56,046 nt of DNA from a virus (lineage: Duplodnaviria; Caudoviricetes): IMG/VR virus record IMGVR_UViG_3300032281_000106, positions 1 to 56,046 of that record; one strand, 5' to 3'. Position numbers and translations under genes: made by a program. Below, in pieces: positions 9,201-17,513 of the stretch; the first letter of the stretch is position 1, and each line of letters starts with the position of its first letter. The notes below the pieces were generated by a model. That model saw only the letters and a list, made by a program, of their open reading frames with translations, made no database searches and was not told the origin of the DNA.

Positions 9201-11498
9201 CATGGCTGCAGCGATCTGTTGATCTGTCATGCCAGGATTTGCCAACAAGTAGTCATTGACCTGCTGGTCTGAGTAGCCGCCATTTGCGTAGTGTGCAACC
9301 ATACCGCCGTGCGCTTTAGTTACAGGAGTGTTGAAGTTTGATAAGTCAATACCATACTTTCTAGCGTTTTGGGCAAGATCGCTTTTAACAGATGAACTTA
9401 AAGGGCGACCATCTCGATCAAAATACATTAACTGCAAGCCGCTAGGGTCACTACCAATACCAAGTCCTGAAACTGGGTCACGCCAGAAATTGCGTATATT
9501 GTTTTGCCCTATGCCCTTTTTAGCCATGGCTTCCCAAGCGGGTGTGTCCACTCTTTCGGTTTGCGCCATTATTTTATTTTGGAGCGTTGCATATTGCGGG
9601 TTATCCATAGTCTGGCTTTGGCGTTCTGTATCTAACCCAAAACCTACTAAATTTTGTTGATCTTTGTAGAAATTTTTAAGCGCTGTATTAGCACCAAACT
9701 GATTTATGTCAGACGAAAGATTTCTAATTGTTGCCTCAGTCACACCGGGGCCACCTTTAAACGCATCAGGGTTTGCAGACAACACCGTTTGAAAAGCTTG
9801 ATTGACTTCTGGTTTTTTAGTCAAGATGTCTTGCATCAAAGAATATGACGGGGTGTTCTGCGCAGTTCCAGACATAAACTGATTTATGGGTTCAGCGTAC
9901 TGTGTTGTTTGTTTGCGTAAATATTCTGCGGGCTTTAAAGAATAATCTTGCGCTTTGCCGCCCATGTTTGAATAGTTGTAGTCACTATTTGCATAGCGAC
10001 TTGAATAATCTGCGAACAACGCCCGTTGTTTTTCAAAATCTTCTTGCGTTGTTGGGGCGTTTGTTTTATATGCTTGTAACTGACGGGTTAGTTCTTCTGG
10101 TGAAACTTGCCCACCACCAGCTAAAGACATTAAACCACCGCCCATAGCGTAGTGTGCAACCATACCGCCGTCAGCGTAACGACCGACAAAGCCGCCATCT
10201 GCATTTGCTTCAGGCGTGATCTTGCCGTAAGCACCCTTGCGGATCTTGTCCATCTTTTCCTGACTGGTCTTCATGCGGCGGGCAGCGGCTTGCATAGCCC
10301 TGTCCCAAATTTTTGCGCGTTCATTTGGGCTCATGTTGATAGAGCCTTGGATGTCGAGCAAAATCTTACGTTCGCCTTCGGTTGGGGCGCCACCAAAGAT
10401 GGCTTTCAACTGATCAAGGCCGTTAGACAAGACCAGGTTCTCGATCTCGGTAGTTGCCGTCACGCCTTCTGATTCGCCAACGCCTGGGATGTTACGGGCA
10501 ATGGTACGACGGGCACCAGCCGCAAAGCCAGAGTACGCCTTGTTGTTGAGTTCCTTGGCCTTGCTCAAGTTCAAGAGAACTGATTTGCTGGCATTGACGA
10601 TGTCTTCAGCCTCAAACAATTCCTTTTGCTCTTGGGCGCTCAAGGTCATGCCCTTGCCTTCGCCAGCCAATGCTTTTACACGGGCCTGATACTCCGCGGT
10701 TCCTGGAACCAGACCTTCGTCTTTGGCAAGTTTGCCAGCTGGTGATTGCGGCTTATCACTGTCCCGCTCGGCCTTAGCTTCAGATGGGATGTAGTTAAGC
10801 TTGTTCAGGCGCTGCTGATAGACCTTCTTGTTTGCAGGCGACACATTTGGATCGTTGATCTTTTCAAGCAGCTGATCGATCTCATTTGTCTTTGCTGCTG
10901 GCGTAGCTCTGGTGGTCAAGTAGCCAATGCGAGCTTGCGCATTCTTTTTGGCACTTGCAGATGCATTTGGATCCTCAATGACTTCTTGCAGCTTCTCAAT
11001 CTCAGTAAGGCGATCCTTAGGAGTTGAACGAGCCAAAGCAGTAAGGGCGCTGATCTGCGCCTTTTGTCCTTCGCCCTTAACATCAGAAGCCGCAAGCTGA
11101 TACTTGAGGTTGAGGTCTTCTAGTTCTTGCGTGGCTTTACGACGCTGAGAAAGAGCCTCACCAGTCGTTTCGGCAACGTTACCAAGAGTCTCACCAAAGC
11201 TACCAGTGCGAGTAGGCTTGCCGAGAGCAGCCGCCAAACGGAACGCCATCTCTGCCTGATCCGGACCAGCGGACCTAGCCATGATCCGCTCACGCGCCTT
11301 ATCCAACAGGGCCTGTTTAGCAGTCGCCGATTTTTCAGTGTTTTCAAGATATTTTGTCAGTAAAGTTTGAAGTTGGCCAGTATAAGGATTGGCAGCCCCT
11401 CTTGACGAGGAAAAGCCAAAGGTCTGCGCCCCGCTGGTTTGGTCTTGAGAATTCTGTTCTAGCGAACCGTTTTCTTCGTCGTCATCAAGCAATGGCAT
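6285..11498 (-). CDS. Large internal virion/ejection (DNA transfer) protein, multidomain
   Basis: 1737 aa, helical A/G/Q-rich, Gly-rich hydrophobic stretch (GAGATTGAIAGAG), position after pilot proteins. Confidence 0.65.
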   Translation of the reverse strand: MPLLDDDEENGSLEQNSQDQTSGAQTFGFSSSRGAANPYTGQLQTLLTKYLENTEKSATAKQALLDKARERIMARSAGPDQAEMAFRLAAALGKPTRTGSFGETLGNVAETTGEALSQRRKATQELEDLNLKYQLAASDVKGEGQKAQISALTALARSTPKDRLTEIEKLQEVIEDPNASASAKKNAQARIGYLTTRATPAAKTNEIDQLLEKINDPNVSPANKKVYQQRLNKLNYIPSEAKAERDSDKPQSPAGKLAKDEGLVPGTAEYQARVKALAGEGKGMTLSAQEQKELFEAEDIVNASKSVLLNLSKAKELNNKAYSGFAAGARRTIARNIPGVGESEGVTATTEIENLVLSNGLDQLKAIFGGAPTEGERKILLDIQGSINMSPNERAKIWDRAMQAAARRMKTSQEKMDKIRKGAYGKITPEANADGGFVGRYADGGMVAHYAMGGGLMSLAGGGQVSPEELTRQLQAYKTNAPTTQEDFEKQRALFADYSSRYANSDYNYSNMGGKAQDYSLKPAEYLRKQTTQYAEPINQFMSGTAQNTPSYSLMQDILTKKPEVNQAFQTVLSANPDAFKGGPGVTEATIRNLSSDINQFGANTALKNFYKDQQNLVGFGLDTERQSQTMDNPQYATLQNKIMAQTERVDTPAWEAMAKKGIGQNNIRNFWRDPVSGLGIGSDPSGLQLMYFDRDGRPLSSSVKSDLAQNARKYGIDLSNFNTPVTKAHGGMVAHYANGGYSDQQVNDYLLANPGMTDQQIAAAMNQFGVDTSQMARATGLDLGSVQSRYDAATAPAPSAPAGVSNQEVIDYLNSNPGLTDYQIAAAMDKYDVDPSQMASATGLGLDQVEKRYAAASQPIGDNLVKDWLGKNTGTSDQDIAFAMNQYNVSPLQMARVTGLNLGDVQKRYDAAAPKYTNADVNNWLKNNPGATDKEIAAAMNQFGVGTLQMSATTGLPWQDVSKRYTAAGGTQSQPTPVTTTTGNKTTTTTTGNKTTTTTPTVIPPVNTSKQPYSPEMLEMMRKYLGGPEGIATYGQYGRKGNQGEHKFFDRELVKKAKGGIVHMANGGEMSMANIGRAVGQGLGLGFGDEAIARVRAKMEGRPYEEVVKEEREAYQRFQEKNPFVALGTELVSGAIPTIGMAMIPGAGTPGAVMGAGRMGMAASKLSQYMPKFMTGSMGRAAGAGATTGAIAGAGSAVEGERGSGAMSGGTTGAVLGPAVAKTIQVAGQGAKAVKNAFKPSPGAVEQRATNKVLEAMGRDEMDPTALKAKMLADQKLGVQSTIMDATPSLSTLGEAVVTRPGSGRKILGQGLNERLEGGREAAASRALKDIGKGVDYTAQEDKLVGTLRSNANNLYDTAYAHGSVDDTRILKVLEDDTFKKAFKEAQAISSKEARAAELRGEDPSRFKLNDIYDLDKDGNMISVGKIPDVRTLDYIKRGIDALIDKGYKGEGMGKAEANALKDLRKAYIGVIDENVPEYAAARAKYAGDMEVLDALRLGRTDYLSPKMLPNEAKKLVNGMSEAERDALRAGVAQSLLTKVMDSPQQINAAQRIIGAPATRKRLEALFQDPNEYKVFEAALQRESELFRNAQDIVRGSRTANKTEALKDLKAGNGIFDIAGEAVDIASGSPGSVVGRVLKYLQARTTLDEKTAGEVAKMLKSGTTQEVDDTLKRLESSSAKFLEDKNTSARRLKTVSGTVGAAAPTTRMVAEEPEAPPEDEDDEAKIQRIMRSLDNE
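8595..9276 (-). repeat. Four ~55-65 aa repeats (V..YL..NPG.TD.QIAAAM.Q.GV...QMA.ATGL....V..RY.AA)
   Basis: Seen in the translation of 6285-11498. Confidence 0.85.
9286..9310. repeat. 25 bp exact direct repeat (copy 1)
   Basis: gcgtagtgtgcaaccataccgccgt, identical at 10147-10171. Confidence 0.9.
10147..10171. repeat. 25 bp exact direct repeat (copy 2)
   Basis: Identical to 9286-9310; encodes GGMVAHYA. Confidence 0.9.
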
Positions 11499-11507
11499 GT
11501 TTTATCC

Positions 11508-13355
11508 TTATTTTCCGAACATCTTGCTGAGGCCGTATCCAGAAGCCAATGCAGAGCCAAACTGCGACAATGGCGATGGCTGATACACGCTGGCTGGTCC
11601 AGTAGATGTCGAGGTTGTTGAGGTAGGCACAGTCATACCGCGAACAGATGCGTTCAAGAAGGCAATGTTGTTGCGGTCGTACTCGCGTTGGTTCATAAAG
11701 TCTTGGTAAGCCTGATCCAACGAACGTTGTGTCTGTTGCTGCTGACCTGCTCCTGCCGCTTCCAAGGCTCCGATGTTCTGCATACCCATCTGCTGGGTTT
11801 GTTGTCCAAGGGCACCCATAGCTTGACCTGACTGCAACATGCGAGCAAAGTCTTGATTGGACAGTGTTCCCATTTGCTGAGCGGCCTGAAGCTGCTGAGT
11901 TCCTGCGGCTCCTGCCAAGTTGCCTTGCATTTGACCAAGGGCTCCCATCTGGGCTCCAGCTTGACCGTACCTGGCAAGGTCTGCACCTTCTAAGCCTGCA
12001 GCTGATTGACCCATTGCAGCCTGTTGACCGGCTCCTGCCAAGTAGCGTTGGTAGTCGGCGCCAGTAAGACCAGCAGCTGATTGACCAAGGGCCGCTGATT
12101 GTTGGCCAGCTGCCAAGAGTCGTTGTTGATCTGCAGACGAAAGACCAGCCATACTTTGACCGATCTGAGCCTGCTGACCAGAAGCAGCCAAGAGGCGTTG
12201 TTGATCTGCAGCTGAAAGACCAGCCATACTCTGGCCAATTTGGGCTTGTTGACCAGAAGCTGAAAGCATGCGTTGAAAATCTGCAGCCGACATACCAGCA
12301 GCTTGCTGACCAAAACCAGCTTGTTGTTGAGCAGCTTGCAATTGACGGGCTCTATCAGCCTGAAGTTGCTGACCAGCTTGTGAATAGCCTGATTGCAAGG
12401 CAGCAGACTGTTGGGCCAATGTAGATTCTTGGGTATCGCGCAAGGCGCGTCCGATAGCTTCACCGCTGCGGCTGCCACCAAACGTACCGGCACGAATTGC
12501 TTGGTCTTGAATGTTGGGCAGCAGATTTTCTCTAAGGTTACGTGCTCCAAGTTCACCAATACGGTTGACCACTTGGTCTTGGTATGGGTTCATGTAATCT
12601 TGGATGCCGCCCAAACCTGTTTGAGCACCTTGGCCAGAAAGCTGAGAAGCCTGCTGCATGTAAGGATTTGCCAAGGCCGCAGTATTTGCAGACCCCGCCA
12701 TATTAGTCCCCATGGCTGCTGCTTGCAAATAAGGTGAGGCAAGAGCTGCCGTATTTGCTGCTCCAGCCGCTGCAGTTCCTTGAGAGGCTTGTTGCAAGTA
12801 AGGCGTTGCCAAACCTGCTGTGCCGCCTGCTCCTTGCTGAGTGTAAGCATTTGCCTGATTAAAGTAAGGCGTAGCTTGGCTAGCAGCAGACTGCATCGCC
12901 TGACCAGTCAGTTGATTGGCCTGGTTGAAATACGGTTGAGCCAAGGCGCTTGTGTCGCCGTAGCTCTGACCAATCAATCCGCTAGCTTGGCCAATGGCTC
13001 CAGAAGCCGCGGTATAGGGGTTATACTGAAGCGCTTGATTGATGTACGGTTGCGCTGCGTTAACAGAGCTACCGGCTCCTGCATTGTAGATGGCATTTTT
13101 AGACATGTCCATCATTGGAGAATACGTGCTCTCTAGCCCGGCCGTCTTGTTGTAGGCAGCCGTTTGTAGAGGGTCGTAAGCAGCAATCCTGGCCTGAGTG
13201 TACGGTTGATAGGGTTCGGCAGCAATAGCGTTAGCCTTGCTGATCAAGCCCTGCGTATAGTCAGAATACCAGGCTGGTACGTTAGAGGTTGTCTCGCCAT
13301 ACGTCGTAACTGACGGTGGTGGATTTCCCTGGAACAGAAAGTCCAGAACTCCCAT
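11508..13355 (-). CDS. Ejection/pilot protein, Q/A/G-rich repeats
   Basis: 615 aa; PYQPY..RIAA N-terminal block, ~25-aa QQAQIGQSMAGLS.ADQQRLLAA repeats, amphipathic C-terminus PSPLSQFGSALASGYGL. Confidence 0.65.
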   Translation of the reverse strand: MGVLDFLFQGNPPPSVTTYGETTSNVPAWYSDYTQGLISKANAIAAEPYQPYTQARIAAYDPLQTAAYNKTAGLESTYSPMMDMSKNAIYNAGAGSSVNAAQPYINQALQYNPYTAASGAIGQASGLIGQSYGDTSALAQPYFNQANQLTGQAMQSAASQATPYFNQANAYTQQGAGGTAGLATPYLQQASQGTAAAGAANTAALASPYLQAAAMGTNMAGSANTAALANPYMQQASQLSGQGAQTGLGGIQDYMNPYQDQVVNRIGELGARNLRENLLPNIQDQAIRAGTFGGSRSGEAIGRALRDTQESTLAQQSAALQSGYSQAGQQLQADRARQLQAAQQQAGFGQQAAGMSAADFQRMLSASGQQAQIGQSMAGLSAADQQRLLAASGQQAQIGQSMAGLSSADQQRLLAAGQQSAALGQSAAGLTGADYQRYLAGAGQQAAMGQSAAGLEGADLARYGQAGAQMGALGQMQGNLAGAAGTQQLQAAQQMGTLSNQDFARMLQSGQAMGALGQQTQQMGMQNIGALEAAGAGQQQQTQRSLDQAYQDFMNQREYDRNNIAFLNASVRGMTVPTSTTSTSTGPASVYQPSPLSQFGSALASGYGLSKMFGK

Positions 13356-13356
13356 A

Positions 13357-15420
13357 TTAAGCTCCTCTTAGGTAAGACAGCGGACTCTTGGCATTCGGGC
13401 TGATCTTGCCGCTTGCAAGATTCTTGCCTTTATGTTGGCGCAGTTTAGAGCGCATCTGATCAAGCTTTGCAGCTCCTGCCTTAGAGGATCCGTTGCCAAG
13501 CATTGCCACTGATTCTGCATCCATCACGTATTCGCCATCTGACAAGACCGCGTTTACGTCATCGGAGCGTCCATCAGCACCTCCGCCAATCTTCATGCTG
13601 TGCACTTGGCTAAGACCCCCCATTGCTTTCGCTTGGGTAGGAACCTGGCCATATTGGTAGTAGGCAGTCTTGGGGTCACGGGGACGCTGAGGCATCTGAG
13701 GACGACCTTGCTGCATGCCTTGACCTTGTGCATTTTGAGGCATCATTGGTCGTTGTGGCATTGCGCCTCCTTGCATCATAGGAGGACGACCTTGAGCCAT
13801 GCCCTGAGGACCGCCTTGACCAGCTGGACGCTGTTGAGCCATAGCTGCCATCATTTGAGCACGTCGAGGATCTTGCATACCTTGAGCCATACCGCCTTGA
13901 GCAAAGTGCTTCATCTGGATCAAGCCGCCCATCTTTGATGGAACAGGAGGTTGACCAGGAATTGGCACAGGCACGAACTTAGTATTCTGGAAGAACTGGT
14001 GTTCGCCAGGGGTTGTTTGACCAACTTGACCATACTTGGTAAGGTCGCCGCCGTAGTTGGCCTTGTCGCGCATGTATTCATACAGGTCAAGTGACTTGTT
14101 GAAGTTTTTGTCTTGCGTTGAGCCTTTTGGAGGAGGCGTTGTAGTAGGAGGACCACCTGCTCCAATTGCACTTGTAGCTGCCAAGGCTCCACCAACAGCA
14201 GTCCAAGGATTTGCCTTGACCCAGTCAACGGCCTGCGTTCCAACATTCTTAGCAGCATCAACAAGGTTTCCGCTTGAGATCTGGTCTAGGACACTAGGAG
14301 TGCCCATGTTGGTTGTTGCGTCGTAAGTGATGGTCTGAGGTGTTGGCGTGATGGCTGTCTGGCTCACAGTCACGTCAGGTGTTGCCGCGCCGTAAGTCCG
14401 GCCACTGTCGCCAGTCCATGTATCAGTTGTGCCACGGATTGAAGGATCAAGTGAGGCGTCGCTGTAGCGGAACTCAGGCAAACCAGAAACGTCTGCAGTC
14501 AAGCCCTGACCTCCGCCCATGCGAGCAAGGTTAGGAGCATCTGGCAGTTGCAAACCAGGACCACCTGACATACCACTTGGTGTTAAGCTGTAGTTGGCAT
14601 TGCCGTAGATGTCAAACGAGTCTGCTGGTGTGAAGTCAGGAAGCTTGAAGCCGGGGGCTCCGGACTGCATGCCGCTTGTCAAGCTGTAATCAGGAGTGAA
14701 CGACGTGTCCAAGCCAGACGTAAACGTTGGCATATCAACTTGCGGAACATTCGTGTTCAGCGATTGAAGCGGGCTTGTAGTAGTCGCCGCAGAAGTTGCT
14801 ACATCTGTTGGAGGAGCAATTGTTTCAAGAGGAGAAGGGGCAGTTACTGTAGTTGTAGGAGCTGCGGCTGATACATCTACGTTGGCGGAAGGCAGTGGTA
14901 CGTCAGTGCCTACGACTGTTGACAAGTCAACTGGGCTTGTCACGGCTGAAGGGGCCGCTGCAAGAGCATCCATTGGCACGTCAACAAAATTGTTGTTGGC
15001 CGCTAGGAAGTCTCCAAGAACATCTGTTGAAGGAGCAGGTGTTCCTGCATCTGCGCCAGCGCCACCAAACAGTTCTGCACCGACGCCGGCTCCCACGCCG
15101 GCCATCAAACCGCCTTTGATTGCATCGTCAAAGTCTTCACCTTGAACAAGGCCTGCTGCAGTGTTTGCGGCGCCTGCTGCAATACCCACGCCGACAGACG
15201 CCGACGTTCCAAAATAGGCAGCTGCTGCAGGGCCTAAGAAAGAAGCCGCTGCTACCGTTGCAATTGCAGAAAGAGGATCATCAAGGATAGGCTGGATGAC
15301 ATAATCATCAATTGCGCGGCCGACGTCTTCAACAACCTCAACAACACTTTCAACGACATCGCCAACGGCTTCAACTATGCCGCCAACTACGTCTGAAACA
15401 AAATCAACTACAGCACTCAT
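13357..15420 (-). CDS. Internal virion/ejection protein
   Basis: 687 aa; amphipathic acidic N-terminus, hydrophobic A/G segment, C-terminal GRSDDVNAVLSDGEYVMDA domain of the kind seen in tape-measure/ejection proteins. Confidence 0.6.
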   Translation of the reverse strand: MSAVVDFVSDVVGGIVEAVGDVVESVVEVVEDVGRAIDDYVIQPILDDPLSAIATVAAASFLGPAAAAYFGTSASVGVGIAAGAANTAAGLVQGEDFDDAIKGGLMAGVGAGVGAELFGGAGADAGTPAPSTDVLGDFLAANNNFVDVPMDALAAAPSAVTSPVDLSTVVGTDVPLPSANVDVSAAAPTTTVTAPSPLETIAPPTDVATSAATTTSPLQSLNTNVPQVDMPTFTSGLDTSFTPDYSLTSGMQSGAPGFKLPDFTPADSFDIYGNANYSLTPSGMSGGPGLQLPDAPNLARMGGGQGLTADVSGLPEFRYSDASLDPSIRGTTDTWTGDSGRTYGAATPDVTVSQTAITPTPQTITYDATTNMGTPSVLDQISSGNLVDAAKNVGTQAVDWVKANPWTAVGGALAATSAIGAGGPPTTTPPPKGSTQDKNFNKSLDLYEYMRDKANYGGDLTKYGQVGQTTPGEHQFFQNTKFVPVPIPGQPPVPSKMGGLIQMKHFAQGGMAQGMQDPRRAQMMAAMAQQRPAGQGGPQGMAQGRPPMMQGGAMPQRPMMPQNAQGQGMQQGRPQMPQRPRDPKTAYYQYGQVPTQAKAMGGLSQVHSMKIGGGADGRSDDVNAVLSDGEYVMDAESVAMLGNGSSKAGAAKLDQMRSKLRQHKGKNLASGKISPNAKSPLSYLRGA

Positions 15421-15875
15421 TGTTGTGCTCCTTCACGTTTTTGTCCAAGTTGCAAAGCAACCTGATATTGGCCGTCAGCTAACATAGTGACGTTGTAGCC
15501 CATGCCAGGGTTTGGAGGTTGTTTTGCAACATTGCGGAAAATGTTTATGAGACTTTGGTCGCTGAACTGGGTGACCACTGTGTCAAAGCCTGCTTTGTAA
15601 GCATCAACTGCAAAAGCAAAGCCTGACGCTGCGAAATTTGGGGCAGTATCTGCGTTCAGTGCTCTGAACATGCCCTTGCGAGGAGTCTTTGGCGAAGGAT
15701 GCACCACGTAGACAGTGTTGCCGTACCGGTAGAATTTTGCTCCAGGCATCTGCACCTCCTTGACGAAGGCAGCATACACGAATTCCATCGGGTACTCTGA
15801 TTTTGTATTCTCAGCAGCTACTTTAAGTACCTCGCCAAGATCTAGCATTTGTTGTCGGCTGTCTACGAGCGGCAT
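15417..15875 (-). CDS. Hypothetical protein, possible degenerate GNAT-fold acyltransferase
   Basis: 152 aa; strand/helix pattern FYRYGNTVYVVH..GMFRALNAD-helix-AGFDTVVTQF-helix; lies where podophages often have a GNAT gene. Confidence 0.4.
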   Translation of the reverse strand: MPLVDSRQQMLDLGEVLKVAAENTKSEYPMEFVYAAFVKEVQMPGAKFYRYGNTVYVVHPSPKTPRKGMFRALNADTAPNFAASGFAFAVDAYKAGFDTVVTQFSDQSLINIFRNVAKQPPNPGMGYNVTMLADGQYQVALQLGQKREGAQQ

Positions 15876-15877
15876 AA

Positions 15878-16999
15878 TTAGATCCTCATGTTGAAAAGCG
15901 CAGCACTGAACACGTTGCCCATGCCAGCACTCAAGCTTAACACTGCCCCTTCAGGTGCTTCAATCGCCTCTGAGAGGAACACATGATCCTCCTCGCTACG
16001 ATTCAAGATCCCAGGGACAGTTCCCTTTTCTAAATCATTGAACAGCAAGAGGGTCTCTAACAATCCACTCGCTCCCATCGTATGGCCGATTCGCTGCTTG
16101 TACGATGTTGCTACAAAATCACTCAAGAACCCTTCCAGCGCTGCCTTTTCAGCATCGTTGTTAGATCTGGTACCGGTACCATGAGTTTTTACGATTTTAA
16201 TTTGTTCTGAGGAAATTTGACAAAGTTTGAGCGCGCCCTCGATAGCTCGTCTAAAACCTTGTCCATCTTCTCTTTGTCCTATGGCGTTTTGGGCAACTTC
16301 TGTTGCTGTCCAGGCTGACAAAAGCTCGGCTCTTGCCCGCAATTTTGACCGCTTTAAAGCGTCTTCCGATTCAAATACGGCAAACGCTGCACCTTGACCT
16401 ATGTAGAACCCAAAGTTTTTGGAATCAAAGGCACTGGGGATCACCTGGTGAGCCTCAGCCATGCTCTCGGTCAGAGTTGCCTTAGCTTCTCCAAAGAACT
16501 GAAGGGTCATGTTGTTGACCTGGTCTTCAATAGCTAGTACAATTACCCGGTCAAAGCCGTAAAACTTGATCAGGGTCTGCACGTCCATCAAGGCCTTGAG
16601 GCTAGAAGTACAGGCTGTGGCGTCAGTTGCCGTGTGATCAATCTCTCCGCACTGCGCAGCAACGCGACCAGCGTAGATCTGGGTCAGAGACAGCGGAAGG
16701 ACCTTGTAGTTGTAGGTCCATTCATTTTCACGATTGAGTTTGGCGCCCTCGTTGGCAAAATTGCTGTTGCCGGCTGCCAGGATGAAGGCGGTCTTGCCTG
16801 TCTGGGTATCTTGGAGAAGCTTTAAAAGCGCGGGGTCCAGGACCTTTTCAGCTACTTTGTGGGCTGGGTTAATCAGGCCTGTCTTGATCCTGTCGTAGCT
16901 TTCAGGAAAAAGGTGAACCTTTTGGGGAAAGGTATGGTTCTGAAAAAGAGTTGTTTCCTCAGTGCTGGCAGTTCGGCTCTCAGTGAGGAAGATTCTCAT
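15878..16999 (-). CDS. Beta-ketoacyl-ACP synthase (FabB/FabF-like, Cys-His-His)
   Basis: ATACTSS (Cys), KTHGTGT (His), KQRIGHTMGASG (His), AFD...GF.IGQGAA, SAGMG; start MRIFL at 16999 overlaps the ACP stop (ATGA). Confidence 0.9.
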   Translation of the reverse strand: MRIFLTESRTASTEETTLFQNHTFPQKVHLFPESYDRIKTGLINPAHKVAEKVLDPALLKLLQDTQTGKTAFILAAGNSNFANEGAKLNRENEWTYNYKVLPLSLTQIYAGRVAAQCGEIDHTATDATACTSSLKALMDVQTLIKFYGFDRVIVLAIEDQVNNMTLQFFGEAKATLTESMAEAHQVIPSAFDSKNFGFYIGQGAAFAVFESEDALKRSKLRARAELLSAWTATEVAQNAIGQREDGQGFRRAIEGALKLCQISSEQIKIVKTHGTGTRSNNDAEKAALEGFLSDFVATSYKQRIGHTMGASGLLETLLLFNDLEKGTVPGILNRSEEDHVFLSEAIEAPEGAVLSLSAGMGNVFSAALFNMRI

Positions 17000-17286
17000 A
17001 CAAACCACTCCCTTGCTTGGGCTATGTCGACAGGCTGTCGGCGTCCCCATTCTTTCAGGAAGTCAAATAATTCTTGTGGCGTGGTTCCCATCATCTCTTT
17101 GCTTTTCTCGTCTTCTACGTCGTAGATCTCGCAAAGGTAAACCACACACATGAGCATGTCAAGGCTGTCTAATCCAGTCTCCTTGAGGATCATTTCCATG
17201 GAGTCAATGTGCCGAACTTCGCTGTTAAACGGCCTGGCTTTCTTAGCTACTTCATTCAGCAGCTCAATAAATTCTTGATCGGTCAT
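16996..17286 (-). CDS. Acyl carrier protein
   Basis: 96 aa, acidic, LKETGLDSLDML phosphopantetheine-Ser motif, EIYDVE...T.QELFDFL helices. Confidence 0.85.
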   Translation of the reverse strand: MTDQEFIELLNEVAKKARPFNSEVRHIDSMEMILKETGLDSLDMLMCVVYLCEIYDVEDEKSKEMMGTTPQELFDFLKEWGRRQPVDIAQAREWFV

Positions 17287-17513
17287 TAGTCCACCATTTG
17301 TACAAAGCGTTGTGCCCAGGTACGCCAGTCGGTAAATGCAAATGGATCAGGAACGTTTTTCTGACTCAGCCCTGAAATAACGCAGAACTGTAGTGCCCAT
17401 TCTTGCCACTTGTCCTCATCGTCTAGCCTTGAGAGCGCTCCATAGGTTGACAGATCCATAACGATCTGATCGGCCCAGTCGCGCAATCCGATTATAACAG
17501 GTTGCGTGATCAC
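17286..17513 (-). CDS. Hypothetical virion-module protein
   Basis: 75 aa, Trp-rich, overlaps both neighbours. Confidence 0.7.
   Translation of the reverse strand: MITQPVIIGLRDWADQIVMDLSTYGALSRLDDEDKWQEWALQFCVISGLSQKNVPDPFAFTDWRTWAQRFVQMVD

Noticed and set aside
11950-12330. ~75-bp tandem near-repeats
   Set aside because: Explained by 25-aa protein repeats in the ejection protein
15878-17050. ORF-track starts for several genes (17050, 6340, 47889, 32608, 51666, 53904)
   Set aside because: Downstream ATGs with an RBS or stop/start overlap fit better (16999, 6292, 47781, 32497, 51588, 53841)
15878-17286. Host contamination or a chimeric fatty-acid operon fragment
   Set aside because: Genes overlap or abut phage virion genes on the same strand, and no other fab genes are present
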